Assembly: GCA_020352775.1 (NCBI GenBank)
Contig: CP070684.1
Coordinates: 968,653 to 1,032,652 of the forward strand
Direction of reading: 5' to 3'
DNA length: 64,000 nucleotides
Origin: Candidatus Omnitrophota bacterium
GTDB taxonomy: Bacteria > Omnitrophota > Gorgyraeia > Duberdicusellales > 4484-171
The first letter of the stretch is position 1. Each line of letters begins with the position of its first letter. Position numbers and translations under genes: made by a program. This document shows positions 44,051 to 53,621 of the stretch, piece after piece. The notes below the pieces were generated by a model. It saw nothing but the letters and a program-made list of their open reading frames with translations. It made no database searches and was not told the origin of the DNA.

Positions 44051-45125
44051 TTCTAAAAAGTAAATATCCTCCGATTGAAGCAACAATTATATTTGGTAGC
44101 CACATTCCCAAGACCGGGATTATCAACCGATATTCAATCAGTGTTTCGCCCAGAACAAACAATAAATAATAAATACCAGCGCAAAGGAATGCGATCCCAA
44201 AATTTATAGATTTTTCCCTGTGTTTAACTATCAAAGATATTCCGAATCCCAAGAGAATGAAGGTGATTACAGAAAAAGAGAAACTTATACGTTTATGAAA
44301 TTCTCCCTGTAGTTCCACAGGGTTAACGCCCTTATCCTTTAACTTTTCTATTTTATCTTTTAACTCGCTAAGCCTCATATCAGAGGGTTTTTTATCCGGC
44401 CGGACCCTTTTTTTCTCTTGAATTGGGATTTCCATGAAAAATATTTTAAAATTAAGACGGTAGAGTTCTTTTTGATTTTTTGGATTTGTCTCATCGCGGA
44501 ATCCGTCTTCAAGCTTCATCTTTACGGTGTCACCCTCAACGATGAATTCGCCCCGTTTGGCAAATGTTACTTTGCTGGTTTCTTTCTCCTCATCAATTTC
44601 ATAAATGAAGATATTTTTGAGTTTACTGCCTTCTTTTTCTGAAACATAGAGGATATAGTTTTGGAAATTTTCTAAGAATACCCCGGGTTCGATTATAGCA
44701 GTAATATTTTTGGCGTAAATATTTTTAATTTGAGTGCGGTAACGATAATGAAAACCAGGAATCACCCTGTCATTGAGGATGAAAAGAAAGAGCGAAAACA
44801 CTATTCCCAGAAGAAGAAAAACATTCAAGATTTTATTTGTTGATATCCCGGCAACTTTTATAGCAACAATTTCATTATCAGCAATGAGCCTTCCCATGGC
44901 AAGTAAAATCCCCAAAAGAAAAGAAAGGGGAATGGTAAAGCCTAAAAGATAAGGGAGAAAAAAAGAGAATATTTTAAGGGCATCAAGAATATGCACACCT
45001 TTACGTATCACCATATCGGAGATTTTCATCAGATTCCCCAGAAGCATTACCATGCTTAAGGAGAGCATAGAAAAAATAAACGCAGAAAAGAAGTCTTTTA
45101 ATATGTAGTTGCGTAGTGTCTTCAT
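44034..45125 (-). CDS. lptF: LPS export ABC permease LptF (YjgP/YjgQ family)
   Basis: It begins MKTLRNYILKDFF... and has the same architecture as LptG. I set the start at the ATG at 45125, directly after the comF stop codon. Confidence 0.75.
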   Translation of the reverse strand: MKTLRNYILKDFFSAFIFSMLSLSMVMLLGNLMKISDMVIRKGVHILDALKIFSFFLPYLLGFTIPLSFLLGILLAMGRLIADNEIVAIKVAGISTNKILNVFLLLGIVFSLFLFILNDRVIPGFHYRYRTQIKNIYAKNITAIIEPGVFLENFQNYILYVSEKEGSKLKNIFIYEIDEEKETSKVTFAKRGEFIVEGDTVKMKLEDGFRDETNPKNQKELYRLNFKIFFMEIPIQEKKRVRPDKKPSDMRLSELKDKIEKLKDKGVNPVELQGEFHKRISFSFSVITFILLGFGISLIVKHREKSINFGIAFLCAGIYYLLFVLGETLIEYRLIIPVLGMWLPNIIVASIGGYLLFRNAHFR

Positions 45126-45127
45126 GA

Positions 45128-45838
45128 TTAACTTAGCGTTTTGGATAAGGTAATCGCTATTATATCTTTTGTGTTCCTTTTTTTTAGCGTCAGGGCACAC
45201 TCTTTTAAAGTGCTTCCGGTGGTAAGGATATCATCAATAAGGACGATATTTTTACCTTTTAAGCTTTCTTTCGCAATAAATACTCCTTGCATTGCTTTTT
45301 CTCTTTGTTCTTTTTTCAGTTTTGTCTGAGAAGTTTTGTCTTTTTTCTGATAGATTATATCATTTCTCAGGGGAATTTGAAAATGATTTGCTATTTGTTT
45401 TGCTAAGAGCTCGGTTTGGTTGTATCCGCGTTCTTTGCGTCTGAAAGGATGCAGGGGAACAGGGATAATTGCTTGATAACAAGAAAGGTCCAATCCAATC
45501 CGTTCTATATGCTGAATCATAAGGTGGGAAAGGAACCGTCCCAGATAATCATAATTTTTATATTTAAAGAGATGAAGGAGTTTTGTCATCGGTTCTTTAT
45601 AGGCAGTTATGCTTATGACTCTCTTAAAGGGTGATTTCTTTCCAATGCATCCTGAACAAAGGTAGCTATTTTTGTATGACAGAGGTCTGGAGCAGAGGCG
45701 GCATAATGGAGGAAAGAGATACTCCACTTTATCCTGGCATTCCGGACACAAATAGCCTTCCTGGATTTTTCTTTCACAGGCAAAACACAAAGGAGGATAA
45801 ATAATATCCTTAAATGCGTGTATGTATTTAAGTAACAT
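45128..45838 (-). CDS. comF: ComF-family protein (double zinc-ribbon plus phosphoribosyltransferase domain)
   Basis: CxxC pairs (CFACERKI...CPEC, CRLC...CSGC) are present, along with the PRTase motif IVLIDDILTTGST. Confidence 0.8.
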   Translation of the reverse strand: MLLKYIHAFKDIIYPPLCFACERKIQEGYLCPECQDKVEYLFPPLCRLCSRPLSYKNSYLCSGCIGKKSPFKRVISITAYKEPMTKLLHLFKYKNYDYLGRFLSHLMIQHIERIGLDLSCYQAIIPVPLHPFRRKERGYNQTELLAKQIANHFQIPLRNDIIYQKKDKTSQTKLKKEQREKAMQGVFIAKESLKGKNIVLIDDILTTGSTLKECALTLKKRNTKDIIAITLSKTLS

Positions 45839-45945
45839 ATGGATGGTATTTTAATTCTTTTCTTCTTTTTTGCAAATTTATTTTACCTAAATGAGAGGCC
45901 AGGCCAGCTATTGCATTTTTTTTAGGGAGAGGTAAAATAATTCCA

Positions 45946-46302
45946 ATGGCAGAAAAGAGAAGATTTACTCGATTTAAGGTCAGCTTAAGGGCAAAGTTTA
46001 CCCCCCAGGATTCTGTTCATGAATACGATGTAATCGGCGAAAACATAAGCATGGGAGGGGTTAAAATCGCACTGGATAAGAACATTGAGGTTGCTCCTGG
46101 CACCGAGATGGCTTTGCAGCTTTATTTGCCAAAAGTTGTTCTGGATCTTAAGGGTAAGGTTGCCTGGATAGAAGAGAAAGGTAAGAAAAAAGAGCTGGGG
46201 GTAAAGTTTTTGCAGCTCCCGGATTATTACAAACAAGATATTTATGATTATATCTCGCGATACAATCGGGAGCAACTCACTAGTAGATGGTGGCAATTTT
46301 AG
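45946..46302 (+). CDS. Stand-alone PilZ-domain protein
   Basis: RRFTR (RxxxR) and NISMGG ((D/N)xSxxG) motifs are present. It is 118 aa. Confidence 0.8.
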   Translation: MAEKRRFTRFKVSLRAKFTPQDSVHEYDVIGENISMGGVKIALDKNIEVAPGTEMALQLYLPKVVLDLKGKVAWIEEKGKKKELGVKFLQLPDYYKQDIYDYISRYNREQLTSRWWQF

Positions 46303-46346
46303 CTATTTTTCCCAACAGGAAATAGAAAAAGCTTAAAACTAATTGC

Positions 46347-46697
46347 ATGAGATTTTTGCATTCCTGGGTTTCAGTTTATTTCCTCACATTTTTGATTACT
46401 TTACTTTCCATCATTCCTTTTGCAGCCTATCCGGGTGTATCTTCCCTGCACAATCTCCTTCATTTTATTATGTATGGGGTCCTTGCTTTTAGCGTATTAA
46501 ATGTTTCTTTGAGGAAAGAGATGTTTTATCCGGCAATATTTAGTTTTTCCTATGCTTTTTTTTTAGGGTTAATTTTAGAGTTTATTCAGTTTTTTCTTCC
46601 TTACCGAGCATTCCAATGGCAGGATGTAATATCTAACTTTGCCGGTAGTCTGGTGGGTGTGGTTTTGGGTATTAAAATATTGCGCCACATTATATAA
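46347..46697 (+). CDS. VanZ-like membrane protein
   Basis: It has four TM helices and a C-terminal ...RAFQWQDVISNFAGSLVG pattern typical of the VanZ family. Confidence 0.6.
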   Translation: MRFLHSWVSVYFLTFLITLLSIIPFAAYPGVSSLHNLLHFIMYGVLAFSVLNVSLRKEMFYPAIFSFSYAFFLGLILEFIQFFLPYRAFQWQDVISNFAGSLVGVVLGIKILRHII

Positions 46698-46698
46698 G

Positions 46699-48321
46699 AT
46701 GCGACTAAAAATAAGATTATTTCCAAAAAAGAAAACAGAGATTAAAGAAGAAAGAATCAGCAATCTCATCCAGATGCTGGATGCGTCAGTTTCGCGTTGC
46801 CCCCAGAATACCGCTCTTGTATTTGGTGCAAAAAATATTTCCTATCAGGATTTAAAGGGTTATTCTAAAAAGCTCGCTGTTGCCTTAAGACGTTTAGGAG
46901 TAAAGGAATTTGATAAAGTGGCGCTGTGGCTACCTAATTGTCCGGAATTTGTCTATGCGTTTTTTGCGATCTTGAGATTAAGAGCGATAGTTGTACCAAT
47001 AAATGACATGTTTAAGCGAGAAGAGGCAAGATTTATAATTGAAGATTCTGCTGCGAAAGTGTTAATATGTTCTGTAGATAAAGCCCCCGATGCACAAAAC
47101 ATTTTATCTCGACTGGATACCCTTGAGCATATAATCTGCAATCCTGCTCCCAGAGGAAACCCTGTAATACTTGATTTTTCTACCTTAATTAAAGAAGAAA
47201 AAGGAGATGTAGGGGAGGCGAAAATAGAGGAAGACGATTTAGCAGAGATTATTTATACCTCAGGTACTACCGGAAGACCAAAGGGAGCCTGTCTGGCACA
47301 CAAAAACCTCCTTTCTAATATAAATGACTGCTGTAGTATAATTACAGCAAAAAAGAACGATTGTTTTATTTGTATCTTGCCGCTTTTTCACTCTTTTTCT
47401 TCCACGGTATGTATGCTTCTTCCGCTTTCCCGCGGAGCGCGGATTGTGATAATGAGAGGAGTTAAACGCTTTAAGCGCGTAACGCGGGCGATTTTTAATC
47501 ACCGCGTAACTATATTCGCAAGCGTTCCTTCTGTTTATCATATTTTGGGTGAGGCAAGAATTCCCCGTTTTAAATTATTGGTAAATATCTTTACCAACCC
47601 CGTACGTTTTTATGTTTCCGGTGCGGTAGCCTTACCTCTAACTGTATGGAAAAAATTTGTAAAAAGATTCCACAGGCCTTTGCTTCAAGGTTATGGTCTT
47701 ACTGAAGCCTCGCCGGTAGTGTCATTGCATCCTCTGAAGGGAAAAAAGAAGCCGGACTCTGTCGGAGTACCTCTTCCTTCGATAGAGGTGAGGGTGGTTG
47801 ATAGCAAGGGTAGTGATGTTAAAAGAGGAGAGGTAGGTGAGCTTTTAGTTAAAGGGCCCAATGTGATGCAGGGTTATTATAACTTAGAAGATGAAACGAA
47901 AGAAGCCTTAAAGAACGGCTGGCTTTATACCGGAGATTTAGTTAAGATAGATAAAGATGGTTTTATTTATATCATGGGAAGAATTAAAGAAATGATAAAC
48001 GTGAGGGGGCTTAATGTGTATCCCCGTGAAATCGAAGACACACTCTATAGGCACCCGCGGGTAAAAGAAGCTGCGGTGGTAGGGGCAGTGCACCAGCATC
48101 GAGGCGAGGTTCCAGTTTCTTTTGTGGTGAAATCTAACAGCGTGACTGAGCGGGAGATTATGAGTTATTTGCGGGCAAACCTTGCATCGTATAAAGTTCC
48201 TTTAAGGGTTGTTTTTAGGGACGGCTTACCAAAAAATCTTACAGGAAAAGTATTAAGAAAAGAATTGCAAAAAGAAGTTAAGAATATTTTCAATGAGAGA
48301 GGCGTTCAAGATAGTGTTTGA
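46699..48321 (+). CDS. Long-chain-fatty-acid-CoA ligase / AMP-binding enzyme
   Basis: YTSGTTGRPKG, GYGLTE and YTGDL...GRIKEMI motifs are present. I chose the ATG at 46699 because the upstream extension overlaps the VanZ-like gene. Confidence 0.85.
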   Translation: MRLKIRLFPKKKTEIKEERISNLIQMLDASVSRCPQNTALVFGAKNISYQDLKGYSKKLAVALRRLGVKEFDKVALWLPNCPEFVYAFFAILRLRAIVVPINDMFKREEARFIIEDSAAKVLICSVDKAPDAQNILSRLDTLEHIICNPAPRGNPVILDFSTLIKEEKGDVGEAKIEEDDLAEIIYTSGTTGRPKGACLAHKNLLSNINDCCSIITAKKNDCFICILPLFHSFSSTVCMLLPLSRGARIVIMRGVKRFKRVTRAIFNHRVTIFASVPSVYHILGEARIPRFKLLVNIFTNPVRFYVSGAVALPLTVWKKFVKRFHRPLLQGYGLTEASPVVSLHPLKGKKKPDSVGVPLPSIEVRVVDSKGSDVKRGEVGELLVKGPNVMQGYYNLEDETKEALKNGWLYTGDLVKIDKDGFIYIMGRIKEMINVRGLNVYPREIEDTLYRHPRVKEAAVVGAVHQHRGEVPVSFVVKSNSVTEREIMSYLRANLASYKVPLRVVFRDGLPKNLTGKVLRKELQKEVKNIFNERGVQDSV

Positions 48322-48961
48322 AGATGATTTTGTGATAGTGCTGAATAAGATTGTTAAAATCCTTGTACAGCCTTCACCCAAAAAAGAGCCCAACACCTTA
48401 ACTGCACTTTTGGAAAAGAAAATAAAAAGCAAGGTTTATCCTTGTCATCGTCTGGACAGAGAGACAACCGGTCTTATCATCTATGCCAAGAACAAAGAAA
48501 TTCAAAGACAGGTTATGGAAGAGTTTAAAAAAGGCGTGGTTAAGAAAAAATATATTGCTTTTGCCAGGGGCCGTTTTATAAAAAAGAAGGGGATTCGCAA
48601 AGACTACATCATTGACCAGGAGGGTAGGCGCTTTGGAGAAAAGCCTAAAAAAGCCGAGATGATATTTAAGGTATTAGAGGAGATAAAAGGATTTAGCGTG
48701 GTGGAATTAGAACCTCTTACCGGCAGAACCAATCAACTGCGCATACAGCTGGCTAAAGAGGGAAACCCAATTCTAGGTGAAAGAAAATACGCCTTTGGGA
48801 AAGATTTTAAAATAAATTTTAAGAGACTGGCGCTGCACGCATGTTTTTTAAGCTTTATTCATCCGGTGAGCAAAGAGCGCCTGAATCTTAAAATCGGGTT
48901 AGCTAATGATATGAAGGATTTTTTACAAAAAAAGAAGAGGGAGGTTCAATTATGCTCTTAG
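48293..48961 (+). CDS. RluA-family pseudouridine synthase (no S4 domain)
   Basis: The catalytic motif HRLDRETTGLIIYAK and the GRTNQLR motif are present. Confidence 0.85.
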   Translation: MREAFKIVFEDDFVIVLNKIVKILVQPSPKKEPNTLTALLEKKIKSKVYPCHRLDRETTGLIIYAKNKEIQRQVMEEFKKGVVKKKYIAFARGRFIKKKGIRKDYIIDQEGRRFGEKPKKAEMIFKVLEEIKGFSVVELEPLTGRTNQLRIQLAKEGNPILGERKYAFGKDFKINFKRLALHACFLSFIHPVSKERLNLKIGLANDMKDFLQKKKREVQLCS

Positions 48962-49137
48962 GGATTATTTTAATCGGGGCAGGTATTTTAATCGCGATTT
49001 ATCCGCCGTTACTTTCTTTGATTGTTGCTTTGGTTCTGATTTTTACAGGAATCGCTTTTGTGTATTTGGGCTATTATTACAGAAAAGCTTCTAAGAAATT
49101 TGAGAATCCATTTATTGATTTCTTCTTTCGCCTTTAG
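48952..49137 (+). CDS. DUF3096-like small membrane protein
   Basis: This 61-aa protein has two TM helices (LGIILIGAGILIAIYPPLLSLIVALVLIFTGIAFV). Confidence 0.5.
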   Translation: MLLGIILIGAGILIAIYPPLLSLIVALVLIFTGIAFVYLGYYYRKASKKFENPFIDFFFRL

Positions 49138-49176
49138 AAAAAGGGATGTTTTTAATCTTAAAAAGGAGAAGATTAA

Positions 49177-50700
49177 ATGGTTCAGCCTTTAGGTCATCAC
49201 CGGCCGCAATGGAAAACTCATATTGGATTTTTATTGGCCGCAGTAGGTTCAGCAATCGGGTTAGGAAATATCTGGCGTTTTCCCTACCTTTGTTATAAAA
49301 ACGGCGGAGGAGCATTTCTCATTCCCTATTTTATCGCTCTTTTTGTAGTGGGAATACCGCTTATGATATTGGAGGTAGGGCTGGGTCATAAGATGAGGGG
49401 TTCTTCTCCGGCGAGTTTTGCCAGCATATCGAAAAAATGGGAGTGGCTGGGATGGTGGCAGGTTATATTTGTAATGTTCGGTATAGTTCTTTATTATTCA
49501 GTGGTAATCTCCTGGTGCGTAAATTTCTTTTTTTATGCTTTTAAACTGGGATGGACCCAAGACCCCAATGCTTTTTTCTTTCAGAAGTTTCTTATGGTCA
49601 GTAAGGGGCCGTTTGATCTGGGGGATTTGCGTACCCCGATTGTTTTCTCCTTACTTATTGTGTGGTTTCTTAATTGGCTTATTGTTTTCTCCGGAGTCCA
49701 GAAGGGGCTGGAGCGGGCCAATAAAATATTTATGCCTTTGCTTTTGTTACTAACCGCCTTTATCGTGTTTTGGAGCGTGAGGCTGCCTGGTGCAAAAAGC
49801 GGTCTCCTTGTTTATCTAAAGCCAGATTTTTCAAGACTCTCAGATATAAGAGTATGGATGGATGCGTTTAGCCAGATATTTTTTACTTTAAGTCTGGGGT
49901 TTGGAATAATGATAACCTATGCTTCTTACCTTCCTCATAAGAGCCAGATTGTAAGAGACTCTTTTATTATCAGTGTGACAAATTGTCTTTTTTCTATCTT
50001 TGCCGGATTTGGAGTATTTTCTGTTTTGGGATATATGGCTCAGACTACTTCCAAAGAATTTGGGGATGTAGTCACGCAGTCTATTGGATTAGCTTTTGTT
50101 GCTTACCCTAAAGCGATTAGCACTTTGCCGGGTTTTTCAGCCCTTTTTGGGGTAATATTTTTCGCCATTCTTGTAATTGCAGGGTTGTCTTCGGCAATTT
50201 CAATCCTTGAGGCATTTACTTCGGCCCTGGTCGATAAGTTTCATTATCGAAGAAAAATTGTAGTATCAGTATTATCGCTCTGTGGGTTTTTAGGAGGGAT
50301 AATCTTTGCTACCCAGGCAGGATTATACTGGCTTGATATTGTAGACCATTTTCTTACCCAGTACGGATTAGTGATAGTGGCGATTTTTGAATGTATTGTA
50401 GTGGGTTGGATTTTTAAAGCAACTAGGATGCGCGCGCACATTGCCCATTTTAGCGTATGGCATCTGAAGCGCTGGTGGGATGTTGCGATAAAAGTGGTTA
50501 CACCACTTATATTGGGAGCATTGCTTTTTTCTTCGTTCATCGATGAAATTGCTAAACCCTATGGAGATTATTCACGACTGGCACTGATTCTTATCGGAAG
50601 AGATTGGCTTATTTATACGTTGTTTCTGGCAATATTTGTTGCCTATCATTCCTGGAAGATAGAGCCCAGCGAAAGAATGCTTAAACACCCCGAAGCTTAG
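49177..50700 (+). CDS. Neurotransmitter:sodium symporter (NSS/SNF) family transporter
   Basis: The GSAIGLGNIWRFPY signature is present. It has about 11-12 TM helices. Confidence 0.9.
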   Translation: MVQPLGHHRPQWKTHIGFLLAAVGSAIGLGNIWRFPYLCYKNGGGAFLIPYFIALFVVGIPLMILEVGLGHKMRGSSPASFASISKKWEWLGWWQVIFVMFGIVLYYSVVISWCVNFFFYAFKLGWTQDPNAFFFQKFLMVSKGPFDLGDLRTPIVFSLLIVWFLNWLIVFSGVQKGLERANKIFMPLLLLLTAFIVFWSVRLPGAKSGLLVYLKPDFSRLSDIRVWMDAFSQIFFTLSLGFGIMITYASYLPHKSQIVRDSFIISVTNCLFSIFAGFGVFSVLGYMAQTTSKEFGDVVTQSIGLAFVAYPKAISTLPGFSALFGVIFFAILVIAGLSSAISILEAFTSALVDKFHYRRKIVVSVLSLCGFLGGIIFATQAGLYWLDIVDHFLTQYGLVIVAIFECIVVGWIFKATRMRAHIAHFSVWHLKRWWDVAIKVVTPLILGALLFSSFIDEIAKPYGDYSRLALILIGRDWLIYTLFLAIFVAYHSWKIEPSERMLKHPEA

Positions 50701-50717
50701 AGTAAAAAATTTATTTT

Positions 50718-51611
50718 GTGATGCGAAAAAGAATTCCACACATTTTAGGCCTTTTGTTTTTGTTTTTCCTCTCTATTGTTATTGCTTCGGCTTACCCAAA
50801 GCTATCCAGCATAAACAGAAGAAAAGAGGAGTACAGTGTTTTAGGAAAAAAAATAAATATAGAAGCTAAGCGGCTCCAAGCAGACCTTTCTTTTGTAATA
50901 AAAGATTTATCTCATCCGGAATTTCACCTCTTCTTTAATGAGGATAAAGAGTTCCCAGCCGCAAGCCTGATAAAATTGCCGATTGTGGCTGTTGTTTTTA
51001 AGGCAGTAGGAGAAGATAAATTGCAGCTTGATAAAAAGATACGCATTAATAAAAAAGATATTGAGAATGGTTCAGGTATAATCAAGAAGATGAAGATGCC
51101 GGTGGAGCTGACAATTGAAGATCTTCTGAGTTTTATGATCGCTATAAGTGATAATACAGCAACAAACAAGGTAATAAATTTACTGGGTTATGATTATATA
51201 AATGAAAGCTTTAAAGAGCTGGGGTTAAATAACACGGTTTTAAAAAGGAAAATGATGGATTTTCATTCACGAAGAAAAGGTATCGAAAACTACACTTCTG
51301 CTAATGATATTGCTTTTCTTTTGGAAAAGATTTATAATAGGAGTCTTGTTGATTCTAAAGCTTCCAAGCAAATGCTTGCTCTTTTGCAAAAACAGAAAGT
51401 AAAGGACCGCATCCCTCGTGCTCTTCCTAAGAACATAGTTATAGCTCATAAGACAGGACTTGAGAAAAAGGTGGTGCATGATGCGGGAATAGTTTTTTCT
51501 TCCAAAGGAGATTATATTATCTGTGTTTTGACCAAAGAGGTAAAAAATGATAAAAAAGCAAAAGAATTTATCAGTCAGCTGTCTTTATCAACTTATAAAT
51601 TATATCAATGA
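50718..51611 (+). CDS. Class A beta-lactamase-like serine hydrolase
   Basis: It has a signal or anchor segment, SxxK (ASLIKL), SDN (ISDNTATN) and KTG (HKTGL) motifs. Confidence 0.75.
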   Translation: MMRKRIPHILGLLFLFFLSIVIASAYPKLSSINRRKEEYSVLGKKINIEAKRLQADLSFVIKDLSHPEFHLFFNEDKEFPAASLIKLPIVAVVFKAVGEDKLQLDKKIRINKKDIENGSGIIKKMKMPVELTIEDLLSFMIAISDNTATNKVINLLGYDYINESFKELGLNNTVLKRKMMDFHSRRKGIENYTSANDIAFLLEKIYNRSLVDSKASKQMLALLQKQKVKDRIPRALPKNIVIAHKTGLEKKVVHDAGIVFSSKGDYIICVLTKEVKNDKKAKEFISQLSLSTYKLYQ

Positions 51612-51620
51612 GGAAAAAAG

Positions 51621-51923
51621 ATGTTTGTATTGAGTAATTTTTTAAGTGCCCTGGCGCACGTGGTAAGTATTTTCCTTACTATTCTATACTGGTTGATTTT
51701 GATACGAGCAGTAATCAGCTGGGTTAATCCCGACCCTTATAATCCTATCGTGCAATTTTTATATAAGACTACTGAACCGATATTAGAACCGATACGAAAG
51801 ATTCTACCTCTTGGTTTAAAAATCGGAATTGATATCTCACCCATTATTGCATTTTTTATCATTTTATTTTTAAAAGGTTTTTTAGTGAGAACTCTATTTG
51901 ATTTGGCATATAAGTTGAGGTAG
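51621..51923 (+). CDS. yggT: YggT-family membrane protein
   Basis: This 100-aa protein has LIRAVISWVNPDPYNPI, the typical YggT motif. Confidence 0.8.
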   Translation: MFVLSNFLSALAHVVSIFLTILYWLILIRAVISWVNPDPYNPIVQFLYKTTEPILEPIRKILPLGLKIGIDISPIIAFFIILFLKGFLVRTLFDLAYKLR

Positions 51924-51926
51924 GAA

Positions 51927-52619
51927 ATGGAGATACTTTCAGAATCAATTCCGGTCATCATTATCGTGGTGATTTTTTTCTTTGTGGTGAGGATCGCCAC
52001 GGTTATTTTAAAGCTTACCGGCCTTGATGATAGAACCGCGCGTTTTCAGGCGATCTCTGCCTTTACCGGCACCGGGTTTACAACCAAAGAAGCAGAAATG
52101 ATGGTGCTGGATGATTTACGCAGAAGAACTTTAGTGGTATTAATGATTTTAGGTAAAATCGGAATCGTATCTATAATCGCCGGTGTGTTTCTTTCTTTTG
52201 GAAAGACTACTCTTACCGAAGATCTTAAGACCGCAGCAATAATTCTTGCATTTCTTTTTATTCTTTATAGAATAACTACCTTAAAAGGCTTTAGCCGCAC
52301 CTTGAACCGATTCATTGAAAAAAGAATCATTGCGCATGGGATCGTAAAACAGAAAGTTTTGGAAGAGCTCTTTCATCTGCCGGAAGGCTACGGCATTGCA
52401 CAGCTCACTATTACCGCAGAGAGCAAAGAAAAAGGGCTGACCCTGGCAGAGGCAGGATTTATTCATAAAGATATTCTTGTACTTTCGATAGAGAGAGGCA
52501 AAGGCCTTATCCCTTTTCCACATGCAAGCGATACGCTGGAGGAAGGTGATAAGCTTCTTTGCTATGGGTTCTTGAAGAATATAAAATCATACGTTGAATT
52601 AACGAAAAAGGAGAATTAA
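51927..52619 (+). CDS. Small membrane protein with a pore-loop-like motif fused to a TrkA-C (RCK_C) domain
   Basis: It has 2-3 TM helices flanking RFQAISAFTGTGFTT. The C-terminal IAQLTI...GLTLAEAG...ILVLSIERG...DTLEEGDKLLCYG is the RCK_C pattern. Confidence 0.6.
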   Translation: MEILSESIPVIIIVVIFFFVVRIATVILKLTGLDDRTARFQAISAFTGTGFTTKEAEMMVLDDLRRRTLVVLMILGKIGIVSIIAGVFLSFGKTTLTEDLKTAAIILAFLFILYRITTLKGFSRTLNRFIEKRIIAHGIVKQKVLEELFHLPEGYGIAQLTITAESKEKGLTLAEAGFIHKDILVLSIERGKGLIPFPHASDTLEEGDKLLCYGFLKNIKSYVELTKKEN

Positions 52620-52620
52620 G

Positions 52621-53079
52621 ATGAAGGTATCCGAGTATTTAAGAGGAGAGTTTTATATCTTGGATTTAAAAGCGCAGAATAAAGACGAAACGGTAAGAGA
52701 AATCGCGGATAGTTTAAGTACAAGCAAAAAAATCCTGAATACAGAGAAGTTTATAAGTGATGTTTTAGAAAGAGAGTCTTTGGGTTCAACCGGTATTGGT
52801 AACAGTGTCGCTATTCCTCACGCCCGAACCCAAGCTGTAAAAGGTTTTGTTATCGGTTTTGGAAGATCAAGGACAGGGGTAGACTTTAATGCTTTAGACG
52901 GGCAAAAGGTCAATCTTGTTTTTCTTATGGGGGCAGATCCGGCTGAGCTCAATCTTTATTTAAGGATTTTAGCAGAGCTCTCCAAATTACTTATGAATAA
53001 GTCTTTCAGGGAAGCGCTTATTTTGGCGCAAGATGCCGTTGAGGTAATTAACACTGTGAAGAAATTCGAAGGAGCCTGA
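52621..53079 (+). CDS. ptsN: PTS EIIA(Ntr)-type regulatory protein
   Basis: It contains GIGNSVAIPHAR with the phospho-histidine. It is 152 aa. Confidence 0.8.
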   Translation: MKVSEYLRGEFYILDLKAQNKDETVREIADSLSTSKKILNTEKFISDVLERESLGSTGIGNSVAIPHARTQAVKGFVIGFGRSRTGVDFNALDGQKVNLVFLMGADPAELNLYLRILAELSKLLMNKSFREALILAQDAVEVINTVKKFEGA

Positions 53080-53136
53080 GGTCGAAATTTTTGGGGTATA
53101 TTTTTTATAGTCATTTTGCAATAAAATAAAACGCTT

Positions 53137-53601
53137 ATGAAAGTAAAAGATGCAATGAAAAAAGACGTGATTAAAGTAAGACGCTCCACTTCTTTACGTG
53201 CGTTGCTTGGTATCTTTAAAGATTTTCATTCTTTGCCTTTAATCCCAGTGGTTAATGGGGATGAGCGCCTTATCGGGATTGTTTATTCAGAGAATCTATT
53301 GGATCTATTAAGACCTCGCCAGACAAAGCTTTTTCGCAACGTGCCTTTTGTGGAGATAGATAAAGCCGTCTTTGATCTTGAGCCTCTTCCTGCAATGGGA
53401 GAGTTGATTATCACCGAAGATATCATGGATACAAACTTTGTGGTTATCGGTGAGGATGATTCTTTGGCTGACGCCTATAAGAGTTTACAGCTGCATAAAG
53501 TAGAAAAACTACCCGTGGTTGATAAAGAAGGTAGGCTTTTGGGGATAATCGGTATTTTTGATATTATCTGGAGAATGTTTAAGGAAAAAGGCATTGTCTA
53601 G
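53137..53601 (+). CDS. CBS-pair domain protein
   Basis: Two CBS repeats are present (IPVVNGDERLIGIV, LPVVDKEGRLLGIIGIFDI). Confidence 0.8.
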   Translation: MKVKDAMKKDVIKVRRSTSLRALLGIFKDFHSLPLIPVVNGDERLIGIVYSENLLDLLRPRQTKLFRNVPFVEIDKAVFDLEPLPAMGELIITEDIMDTNFVVIGEDDSLADAYKSLQLHKVEKLPVVDKEGRLLGIIGIFDIIWRMFKEKGIV

Positions 53602-53621
53602 GAGTATTATTAACCTATATC